From the NCBI GenBank assembly GCA_951406725.2, contig OX597822.1, positions 28,024,001-28,088,000 on the forward strand: a DNA stretch of 64,000 nucleotides, written 5' to 3'. Origin of the DNA: Octopus vulgaris. Its lineage: Eukaryota. Both the position numbers and the translations under genes were made by a program. A model generated the notes under the pieces. It was not told the DNA's origin. It made no database searches and was given only the letters and a program-made list of their open reading frames with translations. Positions 13,668 through 27,024 of the stretch are shown one piece after another; positions within the stretch are counted from its first letter, which is position 1, and every line of letters starts with the position of its first letter.

Positions 13668-14400
13668 GGCGGCGAACTGGCAGAATCTCAAGCACGTCAG
13701 GTGAATGGAGGTAGTGGAATTTCGTCCGTCTTCAGATTCTGAGTTCAAATTCCACCGAGGTAGACTTTGCCTTTCATCCCTTCCGATCGACAAAAAAATG
13801 TACAAGTTGTAAGGTGTAAGTCGAAATAATTGACTTACCCTTAGTGTCAAAATTTGAAACGAATAATGTTAAGGGCGGCGAGCTGGCAGAATCGTTAGCA
13901 CATCGGGCGAAATAATTAGCAACATCATGTCTTTTTTAATATTCTAAGTTCAAATTCTACTGCAGCCAACTTTGCCTTTAGAAGGCGGTGATGTAGCAGA
14001 AACGTTAGCACGCCGGGCGAGATACGCAGCCGTATTTCGTCTGCCGTTACGTTCTGAGTTCAAATTCCGCCGAGGTCGACTTTGCCTTTCATCATTTCGG
14101 GGTCGATAAATTAAGCACCAGTTACGCACTGGGGTCGATATAATCGACTTAATCCGTGTGTCTGTCCTTGTTTGTCCCCTCTATGTTTAGCCCCTTGTGG
14201 GTAATAAAGAAACAGGTATTTCGTCTGCCGCTACGTTCTGAGTTCAAATTCCGCTGAGGTCGATTTTGCCTTTCATCCTTTCGGGGTCGATGAAATAAGT
14301 ACCAGTTACATACTGAGGTTGATGCAATCGACTTAATCCCTTTGTCTCTTCTTGTTTGTCCCCTCTGTGTTTAGTCCCCTGTGGGCAACAAAGAAATAAA
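13668..14400 (+). mobile_element. Cluster of SINE family B copies (13668, 13873, 13983, plus duplicated 3' part from 14215)
   Basis: Repeated ggcggcgagctggcagaa heads and ttcatcctttcggggtcgat cores. Confidence 0.9.
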
Positions 14401-14904
14401 TAATGTGAATTTTACTGGACAAAACATTTTAAAAGTACTTTTTCTACCCATGGCTCGTAAAAGAATTGTATTTTCTTACTCCTAAGCATACAATTAGTTT
14501 CCAAATATACGTTCATAATGTCTTGAGATGACACAGTTGATATTTGTTATGTATATTTCACAAAGGACTGTTCGTTAGAGTGGCAAAAAGAAATATATCA
14601 CAGACACGTTATCACACACCATCTTTTCTTCTTTTATTTCTTTCAGCTATTTTACTCCGGTTCTGCAGGGGTGCTGACTTGGAGGGTATTTTATTGGCGA
14701 ACAAATCAGCCCTAATTTTTTTTTATTACTTAGACTGTCGGTGTCATTTTGCCAATAGTTATGATGCTGTGACATAAACAAACCTGCGCAAAGACAGACA
14801 GACACACGCGCTCACACACGCATACGACACACATACACATACACACACACACACTCACACACACACACACATATATACATATATATATATACATATACAT
14901 ATAC

Positions 14905-14979
<75 letters not shown>

Positions 14980-15173
14980 CATACATACATACGTATATAC
15001 ATACATACATGCATGCATACACACACACATACATACATACATACATACATACATACATACATACATACATACATACACACATGCACGCACGCATGCATAC
15101 ATACATATATGCATACATACATGCATACATATATACGTTCATACATGCATGCATCCATACATACTTACGAAAA

Positions 15174-15322
15174 GCTTCATCACTTCCCCTCTAACAAATC
15201 CTCTTACAAGGTTTTGGTCAGACTGGGGCTATAGAAGAACACACTTCTTGAAGTCGCCACGCTGTGGTCCGAACCTGAAACCATGCATTTGAGAATGAAA
15301 TGTTTTACCACACAACCACGCC
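15174..15322 (-). mobile_element. SINE family A head, degenerate (its tail is at ~14630-14790, across an expanded microsatellite)
   Basis: Reverse-complement similarity to family A. Confidence 0.65.
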
Positions 15323-15788
15323 TTCATATTCCATATGGAAAACAAAATCAATCGATTTTTCTGAGAATATGTTGAATCACATATACTGCAGCGGTATGAC
15401 ATCATATTTGTAAGAATACATTTGCGACTCGTGAATACCTAATTTTGGGAACATGTCGCTAGAATTTGTTTTCTTTCTCCAATTTAAATAGGAAATTACA
15501 ATTAATTAAGTTTTTTGCATGCAGCATTTACTGCGTCACTGATTTAAAAGTTTCAAAACAGTAAACATTAGAAAATGTCACGATGTATTTATAAGATTAT
15601 CCAGCAACTACAATGTTTCTTTTTTAATTCGACAGTCACTCAAGTCAAAATAATTCGCACACACACACACACAAACACACGCACATACACACGCCACCCC
15701 CACCCCCCACATACACATATGTATTTATATATGTAAGCACATATAGATATATATTTAAATATATAACTTTATGTAAGTATATATATGT

Positions 15789-15876
<88 letters not shown>

Positions 15877-15878
<2 letters not shown>

Positions 15879-16132
15879 ACATTATACGTTACACCAGGAC
15901 ACGTCAAAAAAGAAACTGACCACACAAAATTCAAGAAATCTTTGGACAAATTCCTTCAAACAGTCCCGGACAATCCACCCACACCCGGATATGTCTCCGC
16001 AAACAATAACTCTCTGCTCGAATGGGTCTCGGTGCCCAAATCCTGAATTGAAAGACTTCGCCAGGTGGTGCTATTAAGTTAGACATGCCCTGGGCCAATA
16101 CTGGCCAAAACCTTTCTAAGTTATTCTAAGTT
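15877..16132 (+). mobile_element. CR1-type LINE 3' end
   Basis: [33 protein letters not shown], then a short UTR and repeated tail ttctaagtta; lies within (TA)n. Confidence 0.8.
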
Positions 16133-16149
16133 ATATATATATATATATC

Positions 16150-16211
<62 letters not shown>

Positions 16212-16807
16212 CATGCATATATACATATATGATATATATATATATATACACACACAAATATACATGTGTGTATCTTTATGTGTGCATTTATATATTCATA
16301 TTCATGTATAGATACTTATGTGTCGTTATATATATTGGTATATTGTATTGTAAAATATACCAGTAGACATTTTTGTGAACTCAATGTGTTTGACCGATCG
16401 AAAACAATGATTCTGTACCATGTCTGCTGAGAGAAAAGCAGAGAACATCTGCACGTTGGTTTCGTCAAGTGTTAAATCGTCCAAAGCAAGAGTGTACATA
16501 CTACCATTTGCTATCCACACACTTCTTATGAACTCACTAAAACTAGAGGTTAGAGTAAACTGAATAGACTAATTTCCATTTTTAACACTTTCACTGCAAA
16601 AGACTTATATGCTGTGTATTTGCATTTAGATAAACATAGTGCACAGCGGCTAGGTACGACTCTAACGAAACTCGTAACGTTCGTATGACTTTGCTGTCAT
16701 TTTCTTTTATCAAACATACTGTACACACATTGATTGCAGTTGCCGCAGAATATGGTTACCAAAAATACATATAGATATATTCTATAATACGTTACTGCAA
16801 AGAGTAT

Positions 16808-17120
16808 AGGCGTATGGATTAGTAGTGACGCTATTCGTCTCATGATCCTGAGTTCGATTCCTGATGGCACTATGTCATTGAGCAAGACAATTTATTTCAA
16901 GTTGGTCCAGTCCACACTGATGGCAAGAATAAGAGATGCCTGTATTTCAGAGAGCAAGCCTTGATACATTCTGTGTCAAATTGAATCTCCCTGAGAACTA
17001 CGTTAAGAGTACGCATTTACTGTGGAATGCTCAGCCACTCGCACGTTAATTCCACGAGTAGGTTGCTCCGTTGACCGGATTAACTGGAACCCTCGTCATC
17101 GTAACCGACAGGGTAGCGTT
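16808..17120 (+). mobile_element. SINE family C (tRNA head, ttgagcaag...ccagtccac core)
   Basis: B box gagttcgattcc; homologous to 56509-56820. Confidence 0.8.
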
Positions 17121-17335
17121 TCCCTTTTTTTTTACTGCAAAGAATTGAAACACTATCAAGAGTGGTATATACACGTGCACATATATATTTTTTCACACAC
17201 ACACACACACACACATACCGGAAGTAGAGTAATATGTTCGTCGGACAGTTTTGTCCGACGACGGGAACGTGAAACTCAGTTTAACAGTTTTTATATATTT
17301 TTGCTGCTTTATTAGTAAAGTATATATATATATTC

Positions 17336-17376
<41 letters not shown>

Positions 17377-19165
17377 CTTGTGTAGAGGCATGAGGCTCAG
17401 GAGCTAGGCTTTGGAACTCTAATGATCGTAGGTAGGACACACACACACATACACACATAATATTCTTTAACAAAATAATATTGACTGTAACCTCGAATTT
17501 TCCTTCTGCTAAACCATCATCTAACTGTGATACTTTTGATTTCATTTTGGTTTTATGTAATCTTTGTCAAGGTAAATTTTCTACGATAGGAAGAGCTCTG
17601 CTGAATGATAATTATGCAGCAGGGTAAATCTGGAGTTGTTTGATATTTCAGAATTCAGTCATGCATGTAGTAATTTGTAATCAGGCGTGTGTGTATAAAG
17701 GTGTGTCAACTTTAGTCTTTAGCTTCCTTTTGCAGGGAGAGGTGGCAAAAAATGCTGATATGTGGGAATGTTAGCTGATCAGTAGTTAGTCAGAAAACAA
17801 TATAGATAGGTTAGTATGTTGGTTGGTCAGCTAAGCATTTTGTCCGATGTGCTAATGACCCTTCTAGCTCTACTTATTAGGTAGATTATGGTATTAGGAA
17901 GACAGGGATAGTAGTATTAGCAGAGCGAGCTTAGAGCCTACTCACTCTCTATTGGCATGTTGCCAATACCCATTTTAGCTTCTATATGCGATTATGTATA
18001 ATACAGCACACTTAAAATGCACATATAATTTCATTATATCAACAGGGCATCTTTTAGGTTTCATAAACGAGAAGTAAAATCCGAGGGAAAAGTATGCAGT
18101 AGTCTACAACGGCATTAATATATTTATAATGGATTTCGGGTGAGAGTTCGGTAATTTGACCTGCTGTAAATAATAAAGGATCCAACGTTTCAAAAATAGT
18201 CCTCTGTTTGCGAGTGGCGAATATAGGGAACTATTATCGCATATGCACATCTGACGAATGCTTACGCTTTAATTATATAAAAATTACTGTAAAACGACTG
18301 TAAAATAGATAAACGTAGAGTGACGTCTTAGTGCTGCTCAAAGAAACTGACTTGCAAACGAGCTAGCTTATATAATTCAATAAAATAACGCAAATGACTT
18401 AACTTAATGTTATTATTGTTAATGTTTGCTATCGCTTTTGAATTTTCTTGTTAACGTTGTTGTATTGCCTTTTCTCTTGTTATCATTGTCGTCATATTAT
18501 TATTACTGTTTCTCTTTCATACATGCTAGGTTTACATGCTCTTATCATCGATGACTAACGTGGCTCAGCCATAAGTTTAGATTTTCTAATCGGGTGACGA
18601 GAAACCCAGCATAATACAAGCGGACCTCACAAAAGGATATATCAGCACAACATTATAGTGTCAACGGTTATTGAGATATAGTGTACCAAAACATAAGAAT
18701 ATAGTGAACGAGAATAAGGTTGCTATACAATCACCGGAAGAGATGGTTAAATGTTTGCGCTTTAGCCCTGTTAGAGTTAGTTTATCTGTGTATGGTTCAT
18801 TCCGGTTTAAAATCTGAATATCAGAGTAATATAATTTATTCCCAAACATTTCTAATATTCGATGACCTTATTTTGTATTTCATTGCTTTCGGTGATTGTG
18901 CATACGATTATGTTTAGCGACCATATAACTGATTGCCTGAGTAATTCGGTTATGGTTGTTGAAGAATCTGCGACTCATGTGGTAACCGTTGCACTCTTGA
19001 CGTTCCCTATCTCTTTCAGTCGATTTTCATCATATATGCATAGATATATCTGTGTGTGCATGTGTGTGTACATATGTGTGTGTACATATGTGTGTGTACA
19101 TATGTGTGTGTACATATGTGTGTGTACATATATGTGTATGTGTGTGTATATATATATGTGTGTGT

Positions 19166-19230
<65 letters not shown>

Positions 19231-21369
19231 CATATGTATGTGTGAGTGTCGGGTGCTTGAAGGGTTTCATTTTACTTAGAGAGTGACTTGGAATACATGC
19301 TATCTAGAATTTTAAATTCTTATTATAGTATGGTCATAAATTAGATTGTTGCATTTTTAAACAATTCCAAATCACCATCACTAGTATTTAACATTGGAGA
19401 CTTAACATATAACAAAAAATCGTATTTGCAAAGAATATCATTGTAGTGGTTTACTCTTGTGTATAAAAAACAACTCCATTATTAATCCTATATCACAGTT
19501 ATAAAAACGTTACCTTATCTTTTTTAGCATGAGCGTAATATTCTTTCCTTGCTGGAGGTGGGTACAGCCCTCCGAAATATTTCTAATATTTCCATTTACA
19601 TTGAAGGATGCTTTCGAGGGGGCGATTTTTTCCGACTTGAATGGAGAATGTTTTCAATAAATTTGAAGTGCTTGTTCTCGTTCATCTCGTCAATTATTGA
19701 CTAGAATTTTCATTCTGTACTGCATGATGAAGGTTTCCCTTATATTCCATTTCGCCATCAGCGCACAAAGTTCAATTGTGGAATTTTTTAAATTCGAAAC
19801 TATTAAATCAGACAGAGATAAATCATTACAATCAATCAATGTTGGTGATTGCAAATTATCTAAAACACATTTGTTGTTTGTAGACTCTGGCTCACCATGG
19901 ATTTCTGCATAACGTATCTCCCCAGGGTTCTGGAACGAGCAAGAGTATTTTGTGTGTGTGTGTGTGTGTGAAGAACACATAGTTCTTTAGGCATGCAAAT
20001 ATTCCCTCTGTTAAACACCGACGATGTCTAACGGAAGGTCGATGCCGATACATCTGCATCCAGGTATCGTTCAGTCATTGCTGTCAAATGCAGGAATGGA
20101 ATAAATACCAGAAACAAACTCATACAACTCGCTAACGGTTTTGATAATCTATCGTCCTCGATAATTTAAACAAATACAACAGGATGAAAGTTAATGTTAG
20201 TCTCGACGGTAATTGAACATAAATAGCAGAGACAGAACAAATAGTTCCATCAGATCAGCGTTCTGACGACTCTCCCCATATTTGTACGCTACCTAAATTC
20301 TACTTAATCATTTGGTAGAATGATATATCAGTCCTTTTCTGGACTTAATAAATATGTTAGTCTGTATAATTCCATGTCATCGTGTAGCTGAAGCATTTTG
20401 CCCATATGAAATAAATATAAGCAATGTTGGATTTTGTAAAGATAGTGTAATCTTTATGACGTCATAAAACAAACGTCACAAATCCTAAATGCTCCGTTTT
20501 CTTGTTCACTATAAGCAATAACGTTTAGTTGATAGATATATTGCAAATGAGTCATGCAAATATTTTGCCCCCCCCCCCCCCCTGGAAACGAAATAGTGAA
20601 TGCATAACCTGGAAGAATGACAAGTGTGATGCGTTGAAAATCTATTCTATCTCGCGCGTCTCATTGCTGCGAATGTCAATTTCTATCCTAATCAAACCTA
20701 GTTGCTTTTGCCAATATAGACTCGAGAAGAGACCTATCGGGTGAAACAGCTTCAGTTTGCCACTGATTTTATCAGGTTTCCAGTTGAGAAAGCATCTATG
20801 TAGAACACATATCAAAATACAGAGTTGTAACAGTATTTTTTGCCAGTCCAACAGTATAACCATACCAGCTGTAATTGCGACAAAAAACCGATGGTATCCA
20901 AACCACAATTACCGTTATTTATTTAGGGCAGCATGCCATTGGAAGTGAGGAGTGTTCAAGCAGAATAGAGAGGATAGAGATCGGAAGCATCAAATGTAGA
21001 CCTGCAAAGACATCTTAATCACTCCGAGATCCGAAGTCTAACTGAGAGTGAGCCGCCAATTCGGCGACAGCCGTTATCCATCTAGATGACGTTCATTCAA
21101 CATTGATTGCATAGCATTCATTAATACGCCAATGTGGGAGACGAAGCGGTAACCCACCACTCAATGTTTAGCAGGTCAGTCTGAGATTTGTAGCAGTGTT
21201 TGACGTCACATTAATGCTAAACTGGAAGATATTCATAGAATTAAGTCCGGGGTACAAACGGGTCATGTATATACATTAGTGTGTTCCGACAGCCAGGATT
21301 ACGCAGAAATTTGTGAATGAGGAGACAAAGGTGGCGAGAACAGACAGATATGTTTTCAGTTCTTAATTA

Positions 21370-21700
21370 ACAGAAGATCGATAACGAAGCCGTCATATCT
21401 AATTGGCAGCTGACAACTTCCGATCTATATTCGTAAAACTGGACATCAAATATTATCTCTACACGGCTCTTCACCACAAAGGACTTTTCAAGCTAGGCGC
21501 GACAGAACGCTTGGTTTCAATATGGGACGCTGTGAACGTTATACAGGACTTTCTACATGGCAAAGACACTCTTCAACAGACATACAGAGGAACGAGCATC
21601 GAGCAACAAACTGCTCTTGAGCCTTTCAAGGTTGCCGTGCATGGATACGGGGTATCAATCGGAGAGCAGACGACAGGATCGGTGAACGAAGAATTTTGAT
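21370..21700 (+). pseudogene. Possible decayed LTR-retrotransposon integrase fragment
   Basis: IDN...FRSIFVKLDIKYYLYTALHH...GATERLV...DFL...YRGT loosely matches rve 'SDNG..F..F....I.H..TA.YHPQ.NG..ER...FL..YR.TP'. Confidence 0.3.
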
Positions 21701-22279
21701 GTCTTCATTCAGATTCATCTATGCATGACAAACTGCACACTTCTGGAAATAAACTATAACAACCCCTTGTACACAATGGATAATCTTCAAGAAATATTCA
21801 GTATAAACAAGAATTTAATATCATTATCCGTTGAATAGGTAGCGTCAATTGTATATTTTATGGCGCCATGCTGTGAAGGAATTGATAACACGTTGCTTTC
21901 ACTCGGTTTGCATGACTTAAACGAATTAAGAGATTTTATTACTAACTCGAAGCAATCACTGTGAGTAGAATTTCTACGATGAGTGCGTATAAGTTTGTCA
22001 TAAATAGTTCATTATCTATAATAAACTGCCTGCGCTTATGTGCGCGTCCTTGTCAATATGTATGCTTGTGTGTATATGTATGCGTGCAAATTATCTGTGT
22101 TACTGCATGTGACTTAGTGTCTGCATGTGTGTGTGTGTGTGCGTGTGTGTGTGTGTGTGTGTGTCAGAATACCGACAGAATGGGTCATAGTTCGTGTCAC
22201 ATTTTCGAATGTAAATATTTCCATAACCAAAATATTTGCCCTCTGTACATCTAGTTGTTACAATGTTTCGAGGAGAATT

Positions 22280-22737
22280 AGAGAGAGGGAGAGAGAAAGA
22301 GGGAGAGTGAGAAAGAAGAAAAAGGAGAAGAAGAAGAACAAGAAGAAGAAGAAGAAGAAGAAGAAGAAGAAGAAGAAGGAGAAGAAGAAGAAGAAGAAGA
22401 AAAGGAAGAAAAAGAAAAAGAAAAAAGAAGAAGAAGAAGAAGAAGAAGAAGAAGAAAGAGGAAAAGAAAAAGAAAAAGGAAATGAAAAAGCAAATGAAAA
22501 AAAAAAGAAGAAGAAGAAGAAGAAGAGAGAGACAGAAAGAGTTACTTATTGTAAGAATTGGTCAGACTGCATCATTAATAAATATCTTTTTAGCTCTCAA
22601 CGCTAATTCCAAGTTCCCTAATGGGCCTTATTATTCATTGAATCTCTTGCCATTTGGTTGTGTATACCTTACCAAAACCAGTTATTAAAATTGAAATGTA
22701 TGCATGAATGAAGTATAAGGTGCATAATAATAATAAC

Positions 22738-22804
<67 letters not shown>

Positions 22805-22837
22805 GTGGTGGTGGTGGTGGTGGTGGTTGTGATGATT

Positions 22838-22911
<74 letters not shown>

Positions 22912-22992
22912 GGTGGTGGCGGCGGCGGTGGCGGTGGTGGTGGTGATGAGGAGGAGGAGAAGGAGAAGGAGGAGGAGGAGGAGGAGGAGGAA
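22280..22992. repeat. GA/GAA arrays and compound triplet array (AAT)-(GGT)-(GAT)-(GGT/GGC)-(GAG)
   Basis: Direct reading. Confidence 0.95.
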
Positions 22993-22994
22993 TA

Positions 22995-23771
22995 GGTATC
23001 AAAGCAGATGAAATGTTTGGTTAGAAAGTGTTTAACCGGAGTTGAAAAGAAAGGAAATGAAGATCTGGAAATGAGAATATATCGTCAATTTGAAGGAGAC
23101 ACACGCAGGAAATCAAAAGATCTTGCTTAAGCAAAATTTGAAAAGCTACCACTGAAAGCCTTGCTACAAAACCTCTGAAACCCAGAAAGGCAGTCTTTGC
23201 GAAAAAAGAGTCTGGAAAATGTAACCTATTTAGTAATGATATGTGAAGAGGGTTTTTCGCAAGAAGATTTCAAGCGCCGCCATGATAATATGTGCTTGTA
23301 CAGTCATTGTCTGCTATGTCGTAAATACCAATACGAAGTAATGGAGAACTGGTATAGCCATATGACCTGTTTAGAAATATAGAAGAATAAGAAAGTAACG
23401 ATATTTTATGATTATGATTTTATGATAGAATGAGTATCACGTACCGAACATCGTGGTACTGAACAAACAAGTTGAAAAAAATTGCTAAATACTCTGAATT
23501 GAATGTGGAGATGGCAAGACTTTTGGGAATGCGAGAGGGTTATGCAAACATGACGCCAGGTGTAATCGAAACATTAGGGTAAACTCCTTTGAAAATTCAA
23601 GACTTCTTAAAATAGTTGGGAAAAACATACAATATCGCTATCATATACGAAAAAAAGTCTTGCTAGGGTACTGCGCACATTTTAAGGAAAGTATTATCTA
23701 TCTGAGGCTTTTGTGACTTGACAGATGAGTAAACACTCTGGTGCAAGCTTCCATCTGAAGTGCATGACAAA

Positions 23772-23772
<1 letters not shown>
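22995..23772 (+). mobile_element. R4/Dong-clade LINE 3' fragment (RLE domain) followed by (AAT)n
   Basis: FKRRHDN..HCLLCRKY..WYSH; LLGTAHILRKVLSI*; (AAT)n at 23773-23860. Confidence 0.82.
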
Positions 23773-23861
<89 letters not shown>

Positions 23862-24266
23862 TACAGACTAGAATCAGTAAACGAGCAAAAGGAAGATATA
23901 TCTAGGAATATTTTATGTCCTCAACAATGCGCCGATTTCCTGAGTCTGTAGCATCTTAGTTAAACAATATCCGATTTAGGCAGTTGCACTGAATATTGAT
24001 AATCTTTAAAGTTCTTAGAGAAACACAAATACACGTCATCTAGATAGGAAATGCAGTCTTTTTTTATATTTTAGCATGAACTTCGTTCTGACATAAGATT
24101 AATAAACATGTGCAAACCTACCTACGTACATACATATATACGTACGTAGGTTCGTGCGTACGTACACAACTGCATACATACATTAATAAATATTTACTGG
24201 ACTCCATGTAATCTACCGTATCAAAAAATGCGCTTCCACATAATGGCCAGAGTCCAATGACTACAA

Positions 24267-24313
<47 letters not shown>

Positions 24314-24318
<5 letters not shown>

Positions 24319-24666
24319 AATATTAGGGAATAAATCCAAACTTACAGGGAAAAGTCAGATTTAGGATTGAATCCAATTTATAGTAAAATATTATATTATA
24401 CAAATTAGAGACAAAACCACTATTATGCAAATCAAACAAAGAAAGACTTAATCCAATACATAAATTAATTTATATTATTTAGTAATTTAACATTTTTTAA
24501 TATCCACAATATTAATAATTAATAATTGTTAAATTACTAAATAATATAAATTGGATATTAATAATTGTTAAATTACTAAATAATATAAATTAATTTATGT
24601 ATTGGATTAAGTCTTTCTTTGTTTGATTTGCATAATAGTGGTTTTGTCTCTAATTTGTATAATATA
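24314..24666. repeat. PLE-like terminal fragment with ~100-bp perfect inverted repeat (24392-24492 / 24566-24666)
   Basis: Arms checked by eye; the same terminus aattagagaYaaaaccactattatgcaaatca recurs at ~33230. Confidence 0.85.
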
Positions 24667-24679
24667 TATATATATATAT

Positions 24680-25020
24680 ACTCTTTTACTCTTTTATTCT
24701 TTTAATTGTTTCAGTCATTTGACTGCGGCCATGCTGGAGCACCGCCTTTAGTCGAGCAAATCGACCTCGGGACTTATTCTTTGTAAGCCCAGTACTTATT
24801 CTATCGGTCTCTTTTGCCGAACCGCTAAGTGACGGGGACGTAAACACACCAGCATCGGTTGTCAAGCAATGCTAGGGGGACAAACACGCACACAAATACA
24901 CATACACATATATATATACATATATACGACAGGCTTCTTTCAGTTTCCGTCTACCAAATCCACTCACAAGCATTGGTCGGCCCGGGGCTATAGCAGAAGA
25001 CACTTGCCCAAGATGCCACA
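24680..25020 (-). mobile_element. SINE family A, 5'-truncated
   Basis: Reverse complement of the family A body and tail. Confidence 0.9.
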
Positions 25021-25284
25021 TTCTTCGTGGTAAATGACGAGTTTGACGTCTATATCTAGCATACAGGCTGTCCACTATTAGTGGCCATTCCTCTAAATTT
25101 TGTATATATATATATATTCTGTCGCATCCGATGCCACTATCCCCACCCTCCCCTACTCCCCCCTTCCGATACACTTTCCCCTCATCCTTCCGTTAATCCA
25201 ACACCCCATGTTGACCAAAGGAAAAGCAAAGGCCGGTACACTATGGCACCAGTGATATCACAATTCATTTCTACAGGTCAGGGA

Positions 25285-25402
25285 ACTGGAACAACGTGAA
25301 AAGTGTTTTCTGAAAGAACACAACACACAGCGTGCCCGGGATTCGAACTCACTACCTAATAATTGTTAGCCCGACGTTATAACCTGTGAGCCATGCGCCT
25401 TC
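25285..25402 (-). mobile_element. tRNA-derived SINE head (family C/D-like)
   Basis: Minus-strand B box gagttcgaatccc; cacttttcacgttgttcc core. Confidence 0.6.
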
Positions 25403-25532
25403 ATGTTATATATATATGTGTGTGTGTGTGAGAGAGAGAGTGAGTGTTTATGTGTGTGTATATATATAAATTTTTATATACTTTTAGGTATATGTATATT
25501 TACATGTATGTATGCATATATGTATAAATATA

Positions 25533-25576
<44 letters not shown>

Positions 25577-25578
<2 letters not shown>

Positions 25579-25954
25579 CGCAGGAGTGGCTGTGTGGTAA
25601 GTAGCTATCTAACCAACAACAGGGGTCCGGGTTCAATCCCACGGCGTGGCATCTTGGGCAAGTGTCCTCTGCTATAGCCCCGGGCCGACCAATGCCTTGT
25701 GAGTGGATTTGGTAGACGGAAACTGAAAGAAGCCTGTCGTATATATGTATATATATATGTATGTGTGTGTGCTTTACAACCGATGCTGGTGTGTTTACGT
25801 CCCCGTCACTTAGCGGTTCGGCAAAAAGAGACCGATAGAATAAGTACTGGGCTTACAAAAAGAATAAGTCCCGGGGTCGAGTTGCTCGACTAAAGGCGGT
25901 GCTCCAGCATGGCCGCAGTCAAATGACTGAAACAAGTAAAAGAGTAAAAGAGTA
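25577..25954 (+). mobile_element. SINE family A
   Basis: Full head and tail; inserted at (TA)n. Confidence 0.92.
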
Positions 25955-25964
25955 TACATACATA

Positions 25965-26000
<36 letters not shown>

Positions 26001-26042
26001 TGTGTGTGTGTGTATGTGTATGTATGTATGTATATATGTATG

Positions 26043-26103
<61 letters not shown>

Positions 26104-26109
26104 AAATAT

Positions 26110-26984
26110 AAATATAAAAAAAACACCAAACTTCAGGATTTTCCCCCTCTACCAATTTAGGGACGATACAACCTCGAGACAACGAATAAGTAAAGAAAAT
26201 CTCTTTATTGCAAAATACAGGCCACTTCTTAACGGGTCTGCGACAAACAATTAATATACCTCAACTTTAGAATAAAAGAAATATATACACACACAAATAT
26301 TGCATTCCATAGAATCCATTACTAATCAGCCCCATCACAGCTATACTTTCACCCATTCATATTCTCCCTTCTCTGTTTTTTTCTTCTTCTTCCTCTTCTT
26401 CTTCACCATCATCATTATCATCATCATCGTCGTCATCATCATCACCACCATCATCATCATCATCTTCTCCTTCTCCTTCTTCTTCTTCTTCTTCTTCTTC
26501 TTCTTCATCATCATCATCATCAACATCGTCATCTTCTTCTTCTACTTCTCCACCCTCTACCCCTTAACCTTGTCTCTGATGTCTTTAAGTATAACGCCTA
26601 CGCAAATTCCATAAACAATTCCTGAATTGAACTGCGACTACTGGTCGCCACTGACCATGCAAAATACGACCAACAGGGCTCCCCCAGATTTTCCCACTCC
26701 CACCCCCTCTCCACATCAGCCTTCTTCTTCTTCTCCTACCCTACCAAGAACTCACAACGACCCCGAACACTCAAGTGCAAACAAGGGAGTCAGAGAAAGG
26801 CAGAATGCCACTCATATCTGAACACTACTATAGAAATATTCCTTTAAAAAAACTTTTCTTCTAATTTTTCTAAATTTAATTATTTAATCGTTACAGTTGA
26901 AAAGGTCTCAAAATGACCGAAACCGGTACTGAAAGATTCACTATAAAATTATCTTAGCATTTTCTATTTTTGACTTGTCTTTTC

Positions 26985-26990
<6 letters not shown>
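26110..26990 (+). mobile_element. Penelope-like element 3' fragment: GIY-YIG C-terminus plus 3' UTR/pLTR with hammerhead
   Basis: FRIFPLYQF...[17 protein letters not shown] matches the PLE endonuclease end 'F.IFP....R..KE..FI.K..P.LN'; flanked by (TA)n. Confidence 0.78.
26894..26931 (+). ncRNA. Minimal type I hammerhead ribozyme, U3:A8 variant
   Basis: CAG-TTGAAAA-GGTC(tcaaaat)GACC-GAAA-CCGG-TA-CTG. Confidence 0.7.
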
Positions 26991-27024
<34 letters not shown>

